Notes: generated from the letters alone by a model not told the origin. A stretch of 64,000 nt of DNA from Candidatus Eiseniibacteriota bacterium (GCA_044223005.1 JBGAML010000001.1:192001-256000), one strand, 5' to 3'. Shown: positions 52,901 to 63,123, counted from the stretch's first letter. Numbers and translations are program-made.

Positions 52901-55372
52901 TCGTGGGCCACGGCGTCCAACTGGACGCCGGCGCGCACGACCCCGGCCACGGACGACGTGCTGATCTTCAACAGCGGCACGAGCGTCACGGCGACCACCA
53001 TCACGTCGCAGACGATCGGCCAGCTGGTGATCGCGAACAACACCACGGTCGCGCTGCAGTCCGGCGTCGCCGCGGTGCTCACGCTCGCCGGCGGCGCGGG
53101 AACGGACTTCGACCTCCAGGCCGGCTCGACGCTGCTGATGAACGGCACGAGCGCGCTGTCGATCGCGCTGCCGACGGGATCGACCGGAAGCGTCTCGGGC
53201 GCGATCACGGCCACGACGAACGCGCACAGGCTCCTGTCGGTGGATGCGGGCGGGCTCGTGTTCAAGAGCGGCTCGGTGCTGACGCTCGGCACCGGCTTCT
53301 CGGGCAACGTCTTCGGGACCGGCACGGGCACGAGCGGCCTGAACTCGGTCGTCTTCCAGGCGGGCGCGCTGCTCTCGCAGTCCGCGGGCGCGAACCCGTT
53401 CGGCGCCAACGCGCCGAACTCGGCCGTCGTCTTCCAGGCCGGCAGCCGGTACCGGCTCAACGGCGCGATCACGCCGTCGATGGCCGGCCGTACGTACGCC
53501 GACTTCGAGTACAACAACAACAGCGTGATCTCGACGACCGGCACGTCCGGTTGCACCGTGGACAGCCTCATCGTGTCCGTCGGCACGTTCAACCTGAACA
53601 TGACGGGCAGCAGCACGGTGCGCGGGAGCATCCGCGTGAACTCGGGCGCGACGCTGACGTTCACGCCGGCCTCGGGAACGCCGGTCATCTCGCTCGCGGG
53701 CACCACGCCGCAGCAGGTGGCGATCTTCGGTTCGTTCAGCATGGCGGTGATCGCGGGCGTCGCGATCAACAATCCCTCCGGCGTCACGCTCGCCACGAAC
53801 TGGACGCTCGCCGCGCCCGTCACGTTCACGAGCGGCAAGCTCACCACGGGCGCGAACACGCTGATCCTGTCGTCGACGAGCAACGTCACCGGCGCCTCGG
53901 AGGCCACGGGCTGGGTCGCGGGCAACCTGCGCCGCAACGTCGTCTCGGGCACCTCGACGCGCGTCTTCGACATCGGCGACGCCAGCCACTACACGCCGGT
54001 GACCCTCGCGGTGAACGGGGCCACCACGGCGTTCGACCTCACCGCCGCGACGACCACGGGGGACCATCCGAACCTCGCGTCGTCGGATCTCGACGGCTCG
54101 AAGTCGGCGAACCGCTGGTGGTCGCTCGTGCCGGTCGGCGCCCCGACGTTCACGAACTTCGACGGCACGTTCGCCTTCAACGCCGCGGACGTGGACGGCG
54201 GCGCCAACACCGCGAACTTCCTCGTGCGGCGCTACAGCGGCGGCTGGACGTCGCCGGTGACCGGCACGCGCACGGCGACGAGCACGCAGGCCACCGGCCT
54301 GACGGCGTTCGGCGAGTTCGCGGTCGGCGAGAAGCTCGCGTGGACGATCACCGCCAGCGCCGGAGCCAACGGCTCGATCGCGCCCTCGGGCGCGGTCTCC
54401 GTGAACCCGGGCGCGAGCCAGGCGTTCACGATCACGCCCGACGCGAACTACCACGTCGCCGACGTGCTCGTGGACGGCGCGAGCGTCGGCGCCGTCACGG
54501 GGTACACGTTCAACGCGGTGAGCGCCAACCACACGATCGCCGCGAGCTTCGCGGGTGACGCGCGGACGCTGACCGTGGGCACCACCGGCACGGGCACGGT
54601 CGCGAAGAGCCCGGACCTGGCCACGTACCCCTACGGCAGCACGGTCCAGCTGACGGCGACGCCGGGCAGCGGCTGGGCGTTCCTGTCGTGGAGCGGCGAC
54701 CTCACGGGCGGCGCGAATCCCGCGAACCTGCTCATGGACGCGAGCAAGTCGGTCACGGCGGCATTCGCCGACACCGCGGCGCCGGTCGTCACGGTCACCG
54801 CGCCCAACGGCGGCGAGGTGCTGTCCTCGGGCAGCAACACGTCGATCACCTGGACGGCCGCCGACAATGCCTCCGTGGCGTCGATCACGCTGCGCCTCTC
54901 CCGCAACGGCCTCGCCGGTCCGTTCGACACGCTGGCGGCCGGGCTCGCGAACACCGGAAGCTGGTCGTGGGCGGTTTCCGTGCCCGTCACCGCCGACGCT
55001 CGCGTGGAAGCGATCGCTCGCGACGCCGCGGGCAATGCGGGCAGCGACGTCAGCGACGCCTCGTTCTCGATCACTTCGGCCACGGGCGTCGACGATGCGC
55101 CCGTGACGGCATTCGCGCTCGGCGCCCCGCGGCCGAACCCGGCACGCGGCATGGTGTCGTCGACGTTCGCCGTGCCACGTGAGGCGCGGATCCGCGTCGG
55201 GCTGCTCGACGTCCAGGGCCGCGAGGTGATGATCCTGGCCGCCGGCGAGTTCGCTCCGGGGCGCCACGCGATCACCTTCGGCGGCGAACGCCTGACGGCG
55301 GGGGTCTACTTCCTCCGCATGCAGGTCCGGGGCGGGCCGACGTTCACGCAGCGGCTCGCGATCACGCACTGA
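49901..55372 (+). CDS. Large secreted multidomain surface protein (~1820 aa: N-terminal domain, SdrD-B/IPT/Ig domains, duplicated InlB-B-like repeats, T9SS-CTD-like end)
   Basis: Signal peptide MKRLLSTAC..., RWGDY motif, repeated TASAGANGSIAPSG and TATP..GW.F..WSGD modules, PRPNP...GVYF CTD. Confidence 0.88.
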   Translation: MKRLLSTACTALFLLVPALALAADRPRLMPDPVTHIEQGPIVRPHSIEFTSLPRVSAFPYVGPQKEVHDEGVWEEAEQDLQAQKANPRGVDLRALGSHVTLDATSSGGGLTPLAPTLGTGFEGITQGPYIPSEPTVAAGPLNIFSAGNVNVTVTNKDGSNRVETDGATFFGVPVAEGAISDAQCYYDAVHGRFVAVAFTQGTSPSNYSNFYLLISKTNDARGAWWQYKFDMTKDGSTSTANWSDYESLGLTEDKIVLTAQQFTFAADAYVYPKIRVLDRAALFSGAAASYVDFVNFAAPTGGDTFDTFVTKCARNLTPGDAVGHLLCVRVNGGTNVTYREVTGPPASPSLSAGTKVTVATYTAPPDAVQKGSATLVPTNDCRPGDFVARNGVLVATWHFGTTISATSVSAVRLFRMRTSDLTVLTDETFGAASTFYYYPAATVDSAGTVYLGFGRSSSTEYPSAYVTGRRPSDASIEPSVLTKAGLSATSQSRWGDYTGIDNDASLSGPGGTSAWYAGQWTKAANSFGTWINTMSFTYGQIGGSVVEDCDGNAGTTGDRAPRAGVTLTLFSGASPVATTTSDGSGNYNFGYLEAGTYDVVVTPPAGGGAVDAIAGTGGTSQVRVGANDLQATVTITSVSTGNQFVVSANHAAPVATTISPNFKVVGDPGFTLTVNGSGFTSCSTVRVDGADRTTTFVNGTQLTAAIPAGDLAVGGARAVTVFTPTPGGGTSAPVYLTVSATPDTQAPTVAVTSPAGGENWAVGSAHAITWTATDDHVVASVDLALSIDGGATFPTAIATGIANSGSFAWTVPYTLTSTARVRVVAHDGVGNLGADSSHTNVTFAGWTVTASAGAGGAIAPSGVQVVADGATPAYTITPSVGYHVQDVLVNGGSVGAVTAYTFAAIHADQTISASFAIDSYTLTVNTSGSGTVAKSPDQPSYPYGTLVTLTATPAGGWNFVGWSGDTSATTNPLTFAMRANRTITATFGQHTYVWSASGTASWATASNWTPARTTPATDDVLIFNSGTSVTATTITSQTIGQLVIANNTTVALQSGVAAVLTLAGGAGTDFDLQAGSTLLMNGTSALSIALPTGSTGSVSGAITATTNAHRLLSVDAGGLVFKSGSVLTLGTGFSGNVFGTGTGTSGLNSVVFQAGALLSQSAGANPFGANAPNSAVVFQAGSRYRLNGAITPSMAGRTYADFEYNNNSVISTTGTSGCTVDSLIVSVGTFNLNMTGSSTVRGSIRVNSGATLTFTPASGTPVISLAGTTPQQVAIFGSFSMAVIAGVAINNPSGVTLATNWTLAAPVTFTSGKLTTGANTLILSSTSNVTGASEATGWVAGNLRRNVVSGTSTRVFDIGDASHYTPVTLAVNGATTAFDLTAATTTGDHPNLASSDLDGSKSANRWWSLVPVGAPTFTNFDGTFAFNAADVDGGANTANFLVRRYSGGWTSPVTGTRTATSTQATGLTAFGEFAVGEKLAWTITASAGANGSIAPSGAVSVNPGASQAFTITPDANYHVADVLVDGASVGAVTGYTFNAVSANHTIAASFAGDARTLTVGTTGTGTVAKSPDLATYPYGSTVQLTATPGSGWAFLSWSGDLTGGANPANLLMDASKSVTAAFADTAAPVVTVTAPNGGEVLSSGSNTSITWTAADNASVASITLRLSRNGLAGPFDTLAAGLANTGSWSWAVSVPVTADARVEAIARDAAGNAGSDVSDASFSITSATGVDDAPVTAFALGAPRPNPARGMVSSTFAVPREARIRVGLLDVQGREVMILAAGEFAPGRHAITFGGERLTAGVYFLRMQVRGGPTFTQRLAITH

Positions 55373-55390
55373 GTCCGATTCGACCGAACG

Positions 55391-55426
55391 CACGAACGCC
55401 CCGGCCATCCGGCCGGGGCGTTCGTG
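55391..55426. terminator. Hairpin between convergent genes
   Basis: cacgaacgccccggcc-atcc-ggccggggcgttcgtg, 16-bp stem. Confidence 0.75.
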
Positions 55427-55438
55427 TTCCGGGTGCGT

Positions 55439-57748
55439 TCACTTCGCGATCTCGCAGAGCACGCTCTCGAGGTCGTTGAACGTGACGCTCGCGGGCCTGC
55501 CCCGCGCAGCCGGCAGGTCGAACTCCGTGACCGGGCCGCTCACCCACACGCGCGCCCGCGTGGCGGAGCCGTCCGCGGCCGTGACGCGCACCAGCACCGG
55601 CATGCGGAATCCGTCGGGCACGTTCGACTGCTCCACCCGGCCGTGCACACTCCAGCCACCGCCCGCCACGGGTACCGCGCTCCACGTGAAGCGGTACGTC
55701 GGCACGTCGGTGCCGTAGACCCACTGGTCGAAGAACCAGCCCATGTCCTCGCCCGTCGCGCGCTCGACGGCCGCACGGAAATCCTCGGTGAACGCGCGCG
55801 AGCCCGCGAAGCGCGTGTAGAAATCGCGCATCAGGCCGCGGAAGCGCGCTTCGCCGGGGTCGTCCTCGCGCAGCATGTAGTTGCGCAGCATGTGCAGCAC
55901 CCACGCACCTTTTTCGTAGATCACGAGGTCGTAGTCGTCCGGCGTGGTGCTGCTGTTGGTGCGCTGGCCGAGCCAGATGGGGCCCGCCTGCTGGCCCTCG
56001 CCGAGCAGGAAGTGGCGGTTCTCCAGCAGCGCGTGCCGCCAGCGGTCGAGCACGGTGAGGTAGCTCTTCGAGTCCCGGCGCGCGGCCTGCAGGTACCAGA
56101 TCGACGCGAAATCGGCGAAGCCTTCGCTCAGCCACTGGTCGTGATAGGTCGCCGGCACCAGGCCGAGTCCCCACCACTGGTGCGCGATCTCGTGCGCGCG
56201 GATCAGGTCCGGCGAGTTCTCGGCGCCCGTCACTTCCTGGTCGCGGGCCGGCATCATGCGAATCAGCCCCGGCAGCGCCACGTAGACGGAAAGCGGCGTC
56301 TCGACAGCGTTGAAGCTCCGCGCCGCCGGTGGTCCCCACGCGCGCTCGTAGAAACCCAGCGCGCGTGCGACGTCGAGCGCCACGCGCTCGTCGTGCTCCC
56401 GCGTGCCTGCGAGCGAGGCGAACGGCACGTCGCGGACGCGTCCCGCACCGTCGACATGCTCACTCCAGACGACGAGCGGCGGCAGCGAGTCGCCGGTCAC
56501 GCGCAGCCCGCGCAGGTAGCCGGCGTCGAACGACGTCCATGGCACCGGATAGGCGGACCGCCAGCGGGAATGCACCTGCTCTCCGCGCGCTTCGCGGCTC
56601 ACGAGTTCGCCCGCGCCGACCACCTGCAGGCCCGCCGGGTGGTGGAACGTCACGTCCCAGTCGGCGCGCAGGTTCGCGAACGGCACCGGGTACCACTCCC
56701 GCACGAGCGCGATGCGGTCACCCTCCCCGCGCTCCATGCAGCGACCGTGGTAGCGCACGCGCAACGACACCGTCGAGTCGCGCGGCACCGGAGGATCGAA
56801 GCGCACCCAGACGAGCGGATCCTTGCGGTCCTGCACCCAGCGGCAGTCATGACCGGGAGCGCCGATCTCGTCGATCCGCAGCGAAGGCTCGAGCCAGATC
56901 GCGGCCCACTCCCGATCCCGGCGGCGAGCCACGAGATCGAGGTCCGCCGTCGCCATGACGTCGAGATCTGGCGCGATCGCGACATCGAGGCCGATCCGCG
57001 GCGCGTCGAACGCGAGATTGGCGTCACGCCGAACCGTGTCGGGATCACCCTGTGCCACGAACTGGCAGACGGTCTCGGCGTTGTGCAGTTCGAGCAATCC
57101 GAAGCGGTCGTCCTTCGGGCGGCGATCGAGCCGGACGCGCTCGGTGGCGCTCGGATCGAGCGTGAAGAACACCGGATCGGCCTCGCGGGCATCCGAGGCC
57201 ATCGCCCAGAAGAGCCCGTCGTCGTCGCGCTCGGCGAGCATGCGCGCGAGTTCGTTGGGGCGCACGTGACGCGTGCCCGGGACCGTGAGATACCGGAGCG
57301 TCGCCAGCCACGCCGCGTGCGCCGAGCCCACCGTGTCGGCCCCGAACGTCAGCGTCGAACGCAGCTCGGCGAGCGTCGAGTCCGCGAAGACGAGCGCGAG
57401 CCGGCGGAACGGCCGTCGCAGCGTGGTCGTACCGAAGAAGCGCCGCAGCTGCTGCTGCTCGATCCCCGAGCGCGGCACGAAGCTCAGGGTCCCGCGGCCC
57501 ACGAACACCGCGGCGACGCGGCGGCCTCCGAGCGGCCGCGCCAGCACGAGGCGGCCTTCCTCGAGCGCGAGCGTGCAGGCGTCGCGCTCGATCAGCAGGC
57601 TGCCGACCCGGGCGACCTGCGAGGAGTCGAGCGCCCACGTGGAGAAGTCGCGATGGAACTCGCCCCAGTCGCGCCACGGCGCGGGTTCGGCGCGGGCGAT
57701 CGTGGCGACGAGCAGCGCCGCCAGGGGCAGGATGCGGAGCAGTCGCAT
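55439..57748 (-). CDS. Secreted M1-family zinc aminopeptidase
   Basis: Signal peptide; HEIAHQWWG...WLSEG (HEXXH-18-E); YEKGAWVLHMLR. Confidence 0.88.
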   Translation of the reverse strand: MRLLRILPLAALLVATIARAEPAPWRDWGEFHRDFSTWALDSSQVARVGSLLIERDACTLALEEGRLVLARPLGGRRVAAVFVGRGTLSFVPRSGIEQQQLRRFFGTTTLRRPFRRLALVFADSTLAELRSTLTFGADTVGSAHAAWLATLRYLTVPGTRHVRPNELARMLAERDDDGLFWAMASDAREADPVFFTLDPSATERVRLDRRPKDDRFGLLELHNAETVCQFVAQGDPDTVRRDANLAFDAPRIGLDVAIAPDLDVMATADLDLVARRRDREWAAIWLEPSLRIDEIGAPGHDCRWVQDRKDPLVWVRFDPPVPRDSTVSLRVRYHGRCMERGEGDRIALVREWYPVPFANLRADWDVTFHHPAGLQVVGAGELVSREARGEQVHSRWRSAYPVPWTSFDAGYLRGLRVTGDSLPPLVVWSEHVDGAGRVRDVPFASLAGTREHDERVALDVARALGFYERAWGPPAARSFNAVETPLSVYVALPGLIRMMPARDQEVTGAENSPDLIRAHEIAHQWWGLGLVPATYHDQWLSEGFADFASIWYLQAARRDSKSYLTVLDRWRHALLENRHFLLGEGQQAGPIWLGQRTNSSTTPDDYDLVIYEKGAWVLHMLRNYMLREDDPGEARFRGLMRDFYTRFAGSRAFTEDFRAAVERATGEDMGWFFDQWVYGTDVPTYRFTWSAVPVAGGGWSVHGRVEQSNVPDGFRMPVLVRVTAADGSATRARVWVSGPVTEFDLPAARGRPASVTFNDLESVLCEIAK

Positions 57749-57902
57749 GCGACCTCCTCGGGTGAACCGGTCGTGGAGGGGAGCCTGCTCCGGGCTCCCC
57801 GGCGCGTCAACCATCCCACCACCGGCGCGGGGCCGCGCGCGACGCGCGACGCGCGACGACGCGCTAGACTGCTTCCATGGCCTCTTCGACCCCGGTTCGC
57901 CC

Positions 57903-59558
57903 GTGAGACGGCTGCTCCCGCTCGCACTCGCCGCACTGCTCGCGATCGTGCTGTTGCCCGGCATCGCGGCGATCGACGCGACCGATTGGCGCGAGGCGCG
58001 GGACGCGGTGGTCGTACGCGAAGCAGCCGCGCGCAACGACTGGACGCTGCCGACCTACGCGGGGAAGCTCTTCCTCGAGAAGCCGATGCCCGGCTACGCC
58101 CCCGAATGGCTCGCGCAACAACTGCTCCACCGCATGGCGCCCGAGATGCCGCCCGTGCAGACGCAGGTCGCGGTGTCGCGCGCGGTGCGCGCGGCGCTCG
58201 CCGCACTGCTCGCGCTGCTGGTCGCGCTCGTCGGCTCGCGGGCGTTCGGCGTCCGCGCCGGCTGGCTCGCGGGCTGCGGGCTCGCGAGCAGTGCCGGGCT
58301 GCTGCTCACCGCCCGCACCGACGGCGCGCAGGTGCTCGCGACGTTCTGCGCGTGGCTCGGAGTCGCGGCGATGCTCGAGGTGCTGCAGGGACGCGCGCGA
58401 CGCCCGGAGGCCGTGCGCTTCGCCGCGTGGCTCGCGTTCGGGGCCGCGGCGCTCGTCGGCGGCCCCTTGTCGGCGCTCTGGCCGCTCGGCGGCTTCGCGC
58501 TCTACGCCGCGCTCGCACGCGCGCACACCGGCTGGCGCGAGCTGCGGCCGCTGCCCGGGCTCGTGCTGGCGGTCATCGTCGCCTCCGCGTGGTACGTGAT
58601 CGCCGCGCGCACGGGCGGCGCCGCATTCCGCCGCGGCGTCGCGTGGTTCCCGTACGCGGGCGAACCGCGCGGCCCGTGGTTCGCCGGGATCCTCGCGGCG
58701 TTCTCGTACCCGATCGTGCTCGGGTTCCCGTGGGTGCCGCTGCTCGCGGCGTCGCTGCGTGACAGCGCGCGCCGGCTGCGGCTCGGCGGTGCGGGCCCCG
58801 ACCTGCGCGAGAGCGGACACGCGGCCAGCCTCGTGCTGGCGATGCTGGTCGCGGCCTCGGTGCCGATCGCGCTCTACCCGCATCCGCCGCTCACGGCGGC
58901 GCTCCCGGCGCTGCCCGCGCTGACGCTGCTCTGCGGCCGGTTCCTCGACCGCGTCCTCGACGGCGACGTCGAGCGACGCGTGCTCGGCGAGGCGACGCGC
59001 TACGCCGCCGCGGTCGGGACGCTGCTCGCGCTGCTCGTCGCCGCGCTCGGAGCGCGGCTGCCCGAGGTCGGCCCCGGGCTGCGGCTGCTCGCGGGCACGC
59101 TGTTCCTCACCGCGTGGGCGCCGCTCGTCGCCGACCTCACCGGGCACCCGAAGGTCGCCGCGTCGCTGTTCGCGCTGCCGGTCGCGCTCGGCGGGCCGCT
59201 CGTGTCGACGCGCGTGCTCCCGGCGCTCGAGCCGTGGCTCAACGCCGCCGTCGTCGCCGAAGCGATGGAAGCGGCCGCGCCGCCCGGCGCACCGCTCGTC
59301 GTGTGGGATCCCGCGCCGCCGTCGCTGCGCCTGCTGCTGCCGCGGCGCATCGTCGCGACACGGCACCCGGCCGGCCTGCTGACCGGTCTCGCCGGGCGCG
59401 ATCGCGAGATCTACATCGCGTTCCGGCCCGCGCACGAGACGGATGTCGCGCGCACCGCCGGAGGAGCGCTGCAGGTCCTCCAGCGCTCGCCCGTGATGGT
59501 TCTCGCGCGCATCGCGGCGCCGGGCGACTCGACGCGCGCGGCCGCCGCGGGCCGCTGA
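57903..59558 (+). CDS. ArnT/GT39-like integral membrane glycosyltransferase (diverged)
   Basis: DWTLPTYAGKLFLEKP motif, many TM helices. Confidence 0.65.
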   Translation: MRRLLPLALAALLAIVLLPGIAAIDATDWREARDAVVVREAAARNDWTLPTYAGKLFLEKPMPGYAPEWLAQQLLHRMAPEMPPVQTQVAVSRAVRAALAALLALLVALVGSRAFGVRAGWLAGCGLASSAGLLLTARTDGAQVLATFCAWLGVAAMLEVLQGRARRPEAVRFAAWLAFGAAALVGGPLSALWPLGGFALYAALARAHTGWRELRPLPGLVLAVIVASAWYVIAARTGGAAFRRGVAWFPYAGEPRGPWFAGILAAFSYPIVLGFPWVPLLAASLRDSARRLRLGGAGPDLRESGHAASLVLAMLVAASVPIALYPHPPLTAALPALPALTLLCGRFLDRVLDGDVERRVLGEATRYAAAVGTLLALLVAALGARLPEVGPGLRLLAGTLFLTAWAPLVADLTGHPKVAASLFALPVALGGPLVSTRVLPALEPWLNAAVVAEAMEAAAPPGAPLVVWDPAPPSLRLLLPRRIVATRHPAGLLTGLAGRDREIYIAFRPAHETDVARTAGGALQVLQRSPVMVLARIAAPGDSTRAAAAGR

Positions 59559-59632
59559 CGCGGCGAAAGCCGCCGCAGGCGAGTTCCGATTTCGTCCGGT
59601 CCGGACGAGGGTCCGGCGGTAGAGTGTTCCCC

Positions 59633-61090
59633 ATGACGCTCGACCCCGAGATCTGCTGGCGCGCCTGGACGAGCCGCGACCGCCGCTTCGACGGCCGCTT
59701 CTTCATGGGCGTGACCTCGACCGGCATCTACTGCCGCCCGGGCTGCCCCGCGCGCATCCCCGCGCGCCGGCACGTGCGCTTCTACGCCTCGCCCGCCGCC
59801 GCGGAGGCCGCGGGGTTCCGCCCGTGCCTGCGCTGCCGGCCCGAGACCTCGCCCGGTTCGGCCGCGGCGAGCGGCACCTCGGCCACCGTCGCGCGTGCGC
59901 TTCGGCTGATCGACGAGGGCGACCCCGGCGACGTCACGGTCGAGCGGCTCGCGGAACGGCTCGGCATCACCTCGCGCTGGCTGCGACGGCTGTTCGCGGA
60001 GCAGGTCGGCGCCTCACCCCTCGAAGTCGCGCGCACGCGCCGCGTCCATTTCGCGCGCCGGCTGCTCGACGAGACGGCGTGGCCACTGGCCGACATCGCC
60101 GCCGCGTCCGGCTTCGCGAGCGAGCGCCGCCTGCGCGCCGCGTTCCACGACACGTTCCGCCGTCCGCCCTCGGCCGTGCGCCGCGCGCGTGCCGGCGGCG
60201 AGGCGCCGCTCGCGCTGCGCCTGCCGGCCCGCGCCCCGTTCGACGCCGCGCCGCTGCTCGCGTTCTTCGCCGCGCGCGCGATCCCCGGCGTCGAGGAAGT
60301 GGCCGGCGGCCACTACCGGCGCACGGTCACGCTCGACGGCGCCCCCGCCGTGCTCGACGTCGCGCCGCTGGCGCGCGGCGCGGGGCTCGCCGTCACCGTG
60401 ACGCCCGCGCCGCCGCGCGCGCTGCTGCCGCTGGTCGCGCGCGTGACGCGCCTGTTCGACCTCGACGCCGACGTCGCCGCGATCCGCGCGCAGCTCGCGC
60501 GCGACCCCGTGCTCCGGCCCGCGTTCCGCGGTGCGGGCGTGCGCGTGCCCGGGGCGTGGGATGCGTTCGAACTGTGCGTTCGCGCGCTGCTCGGCCAGCA
60601 GGTGTCCGTCGCCGCGGCCCGCACGCTCGCGGGCCGCCTCGCCCGCGCCTGCGGCGAGCCGCTCGCCGCGCCGCTCGGCGCGCTGACCCACCGCTTCCCC
60701 ACCGCAACGGCCGTCGCGCAGGCACCGCTCGACACGCTCGGACTCACGCGCGCCCGGGCCGAGGCGCTGCGCGCGTTCGCGCAGGCCGTCGCGAGCGGCG
60801 CGCTCGACCTGGACGGCTTCGCGGGGCTCGACGATGCCATCGCGACGCTCTCGGCGCAGCGTGGCATCGGCGAATGGACGGCGCAGGTGATCGCGATGCG
60901 CGCGCTGCGCGAACCGGACGCGTTCCCCGCCGGCGATCTCGGCGTGCGCCGGGCGCTCGCGGCGGACGGCCCGCTGCCAACGGTGCGTGACGTGGCCGCG
61001 CTCGCCGAGCGCTGGCGGCCATGGCGCGCGTACGCGGCGATCGCGCTCTGGCGGCTCGACGGCGGACCCCGACGAAAGGACTCCCGATGA
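59633..61090 (+). CDS. alkA: Ada-AlkA fusion: Ada Zn domain + AraC HTH + 3-methyladenine DNA glycosylase II
   Basis: RDRRFDG, TGIYCRPGCP, GFRPCLRCRP, LGQQVS, GIGEWTA, DAFPAGD, WRPWRAYA. Confidence 0.93.
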   Translation: MTLDPEICWRAWTSRDRRFDGRFFMGVTSTGIYCRPGCPARIPARRHVRFYASPAAAEAAGFRPCLRCRPETSPGSAAASGTSATVARALRLIDEGDPGDVTVERLAERLGITSRWLRRLFAEQVGASPLEVARTRRVHFARRLLDETAWPLADIAAASGFASERRLRAAFHDTFRRPPSAVRRARAGGEAPLALRLPARAPFDAAPLLAFFAARAIPGVEEVAGGHYRRTVTLDGAPAVLDVAPLARGAGLAVTVTPAPPRALLPLVARVTRLFDLDADVAAIRAQLARDPVLRPAFRGAGVRVPGAWDAFELCVRALLGQQVSVAAARTLAGRLARACGEPLAAPLGALTHRFPTATAVAQAPLDTLGLTRARAEALRAFAQAVASGALDLDGFAGLDDAIATLSAQRGIGEWTAQVIAMRALREPDAFPAGDLGVRRALAADGPLPTVRDVAALAERWRPWRAYAAIALWRLDGGPRRKDSR

Positions 61091-61638
61091 TCCTGCACAC
61101 CCGCACCTGCCCCAGCCCGGTCGGCGAGCTGCTCCTGATCGCCACCGGCGACGCGCTCGTCGGGCTCGAGTTCGTCGAGGCCGGCGAGCGGGCCCGCACG
61201 CTCGTCCGCACGCTCGAGCGCCACCTCGGCGCGTTCGAGGCGCAGGCACATCCCGATCCGGCGGGCGCCGTCACGCGGCTCGAGCGCTACTTCGCGGGCG
61301 ACCTCGCGGCGCTCGACGAGCAGCCGGTCGAACCGCACGGCACCGAGTTCCAGCTCGCCGTCTGGCGGGCGCTGCGCACGATCCGGCCCGGCACGACGCT
61401 CGCCTACCACGAGCTCGCCGCCACGATCGGCCGGCCCGAGGCGATGCGCGCCGTGGGCGCGGCCAACGGCGCCAACCCGATCGCGCTGTTCGTGCCCTGC
61501 CACCGCGTGATCGCCGCGAACCACACGCTGTGGGGCTACGGCGGCGGGCTCGAACGCAAGCGCTGGCTGCTCGCGCACGAAGGCGCGCCGTTCGCCGATC
61601 GCTGGTCGCAGCAGGCGCTCCCGATCGCGGAACGCTGA
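61087..61638 (+). CDS. ogt: O6-methylguanine-DNA methyltransferase
   Basis: GTEFQLAVW, RAVG.ANG.NP, PCHRV, GYGGG. Confidence 0.95.
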   Translation: MILHTRTCPSPVGELLLIATGDALVGLEFVEAGERARTLVRTLERHLGAFEAQAHPDPAGAVTRLERYFAGDLAALDEQPVEPHGTEFQLAVWRALRTIRPGTTLAYHELAATIGRPEAMRAVGAANGANPIALFVPCHRVIAANHTLWGYGGGLERKRWLLAHEGAPFADRWSQQALPIAER

Positions 61639-61680
61639 TCGCCCGAGACGCGGACCGCCTGCGCGGGCTAACCTGCGGGG

Positions 61681-63123
61681 ATGCGCATCCTCCACTGGTT
61701 CCGCAAGGACCTGCGGCTCGACGACAACACCGCGCTGTCCGAGGCCGCGCGCGACGCCGACGGCGAAGTCGTGCCGTTCTACGCCAGCGAGCCGTCGCTG
61801 CTTGGGCGGCCGGACATCGCCCCGGCGCGCGTGCGGTTCGTGCTGGAGGCGCTCGGCTCGCTGGACCGTGACCTGCGCGCACGCGGATCGTCGCTCGCGC
61901 TGGCGCACGGCGAGGCCACCGGCACCGTGGTCGCCGCCGCGCGCAGCGCCGGGGCCGACGCGGTCTACTGGAACGACGAGTACGAGCCCGTACTCCGCGG
62001 GCGCGACGACGCCGTCGAGCGCGAGCTCAAGGCCGCCGGCCTGCGCGTGCGGCGCTTCCACGACCGCCTGATCGTCCCGCCGGGCGCGGTCACCACGCGC
62101 GAGGGCGGCACCTACACCGTCTACACGCCGTTCCGGCGCGCCTGCGAGGCGCTGCCGGTCTCCGCGCCGCTGCCCGCGCCCGAGCGGCTCGCCGCGCACG
62201 TGCTGCCCACGCCGCCGCTCGCGTCGCTCGAGCGGCTCGGGTTCGCGCCGCCCGCGTCGGCGCCGTGGCCGGCCGGCGAAGCGGCCGCGCGGGCGCGACT
62301 GGCGGCGTTCGTCGCCGGGGCCGGCGCGAACGCTCCCGGGCTCGCGGGTTACGCCGAGCGGCGCGACGAGCCCTCGGTGCGCGCGACCTCGTGGCTCTCG
62401 GCGGACCTCAAGTTCGGTACGCTCGGCATCCGGCGCATCGTCGACACCGTCTCGCGCGCGGCCGACGCGCGCCCGGCGCTGCGACCGGCGGTGGAGAAGT
62501 ACGTCGCCGAGCTGCGCTGGCGCGACTTCTTCGCGCACGTGCTCTGGCACTTCCCGCACGTCGAGCGCGGCTGCTTCCGGCGCGAGTACGACGCGCTCGC
62601 GTGGAGCGGCAGCGACGCGCAGTTCGCCGCGTGGTGCGAGGGCCGCACCGGCTACCCGATCGTCGACGCGGGCATGCGCGAACTGCGCGCGACCGGCTTC
62701 GTCCACAACCGCGTACGCATGCTGGTGGCGTCGTTCCTGACCAAGGACCTGCTGATCGACTGGCGGCGCGGCGAACGCCACTTCATGCTCCACCTGCTCG
62801 ACGGCGACCTCGCCAGCAACAACGGCGGCTGGCAGTGGGCGGCCGGCACCGGCACGGACGCGGCGCCCTACTTCCGCATCTTCAATCCCGTCTCACAGGG
62901 CGAACGCTTCGACGCGGACGGCGCGTACGTGCGTCACTGGTGTCCCGAGCTGGCCGGGCTGCCCGCGTCGTGCCTGCACCGGCCGTGGACCGCGCCGCCG
63001 CTCGTGCTCGCGGAGGCCGGGGTCGTGCTGGGCGAAGCGTATCCGCACCCGATCGTGGATCACGGCGAGCAGCGCGAGCGGGCACTGGCGCTGTACCGCG
63101 CCGTGCGCGAGGACGGCGTGTGA
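61681..63123 (+). CDS. phrB: Deoxyribodipyrimidine photolyase
   Basis: WFRKDLRLDDN, ELRWRDF, TGYPIVDAGMR, HNRVRM, DGDLASNNGGWQW, YFRIFNP. Confidence 0.95.
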   Translation: MRILHWFRKDLRLDDNTALSEAARDADGEVVPFYASEPSLLGRPDIAPARVRFVLEALGSLDRDLRARGSSLALAHGEATGTVVAAARSAGADAVYWNDEYEPVLRGRDDAVERELKAAGLRVRRFHDRLIVPPGAVTTREGGTYTVYTPFRRACEALPVSAPLPAPERLAAHVLPTPPLASLERLGFAPPASAPWPAGEAAARARLAAFVAGAGANAPGLAGYAERRDEPSVRATSWLSADLKFGTLGIRRIVDTVSRAADARPALRPAVEKYVAELRWRDFFAHVLWHFPHVERGCFRREYDALAWSGSDAQFAAWCEGRTGYPIVDAGMRELRATGFVHNRVRMLVASFLTKDLLIDWRRGERHFMLHLLDGDLASNNGGWQWAAGTGTDAAPYFRIFNPVSQGERFDADGAYVRHWCPELAGLPASCLHRPWTAPPLVLAEAGVVLGEAYPHPIVDHGEQRERALALYRAVREDGV

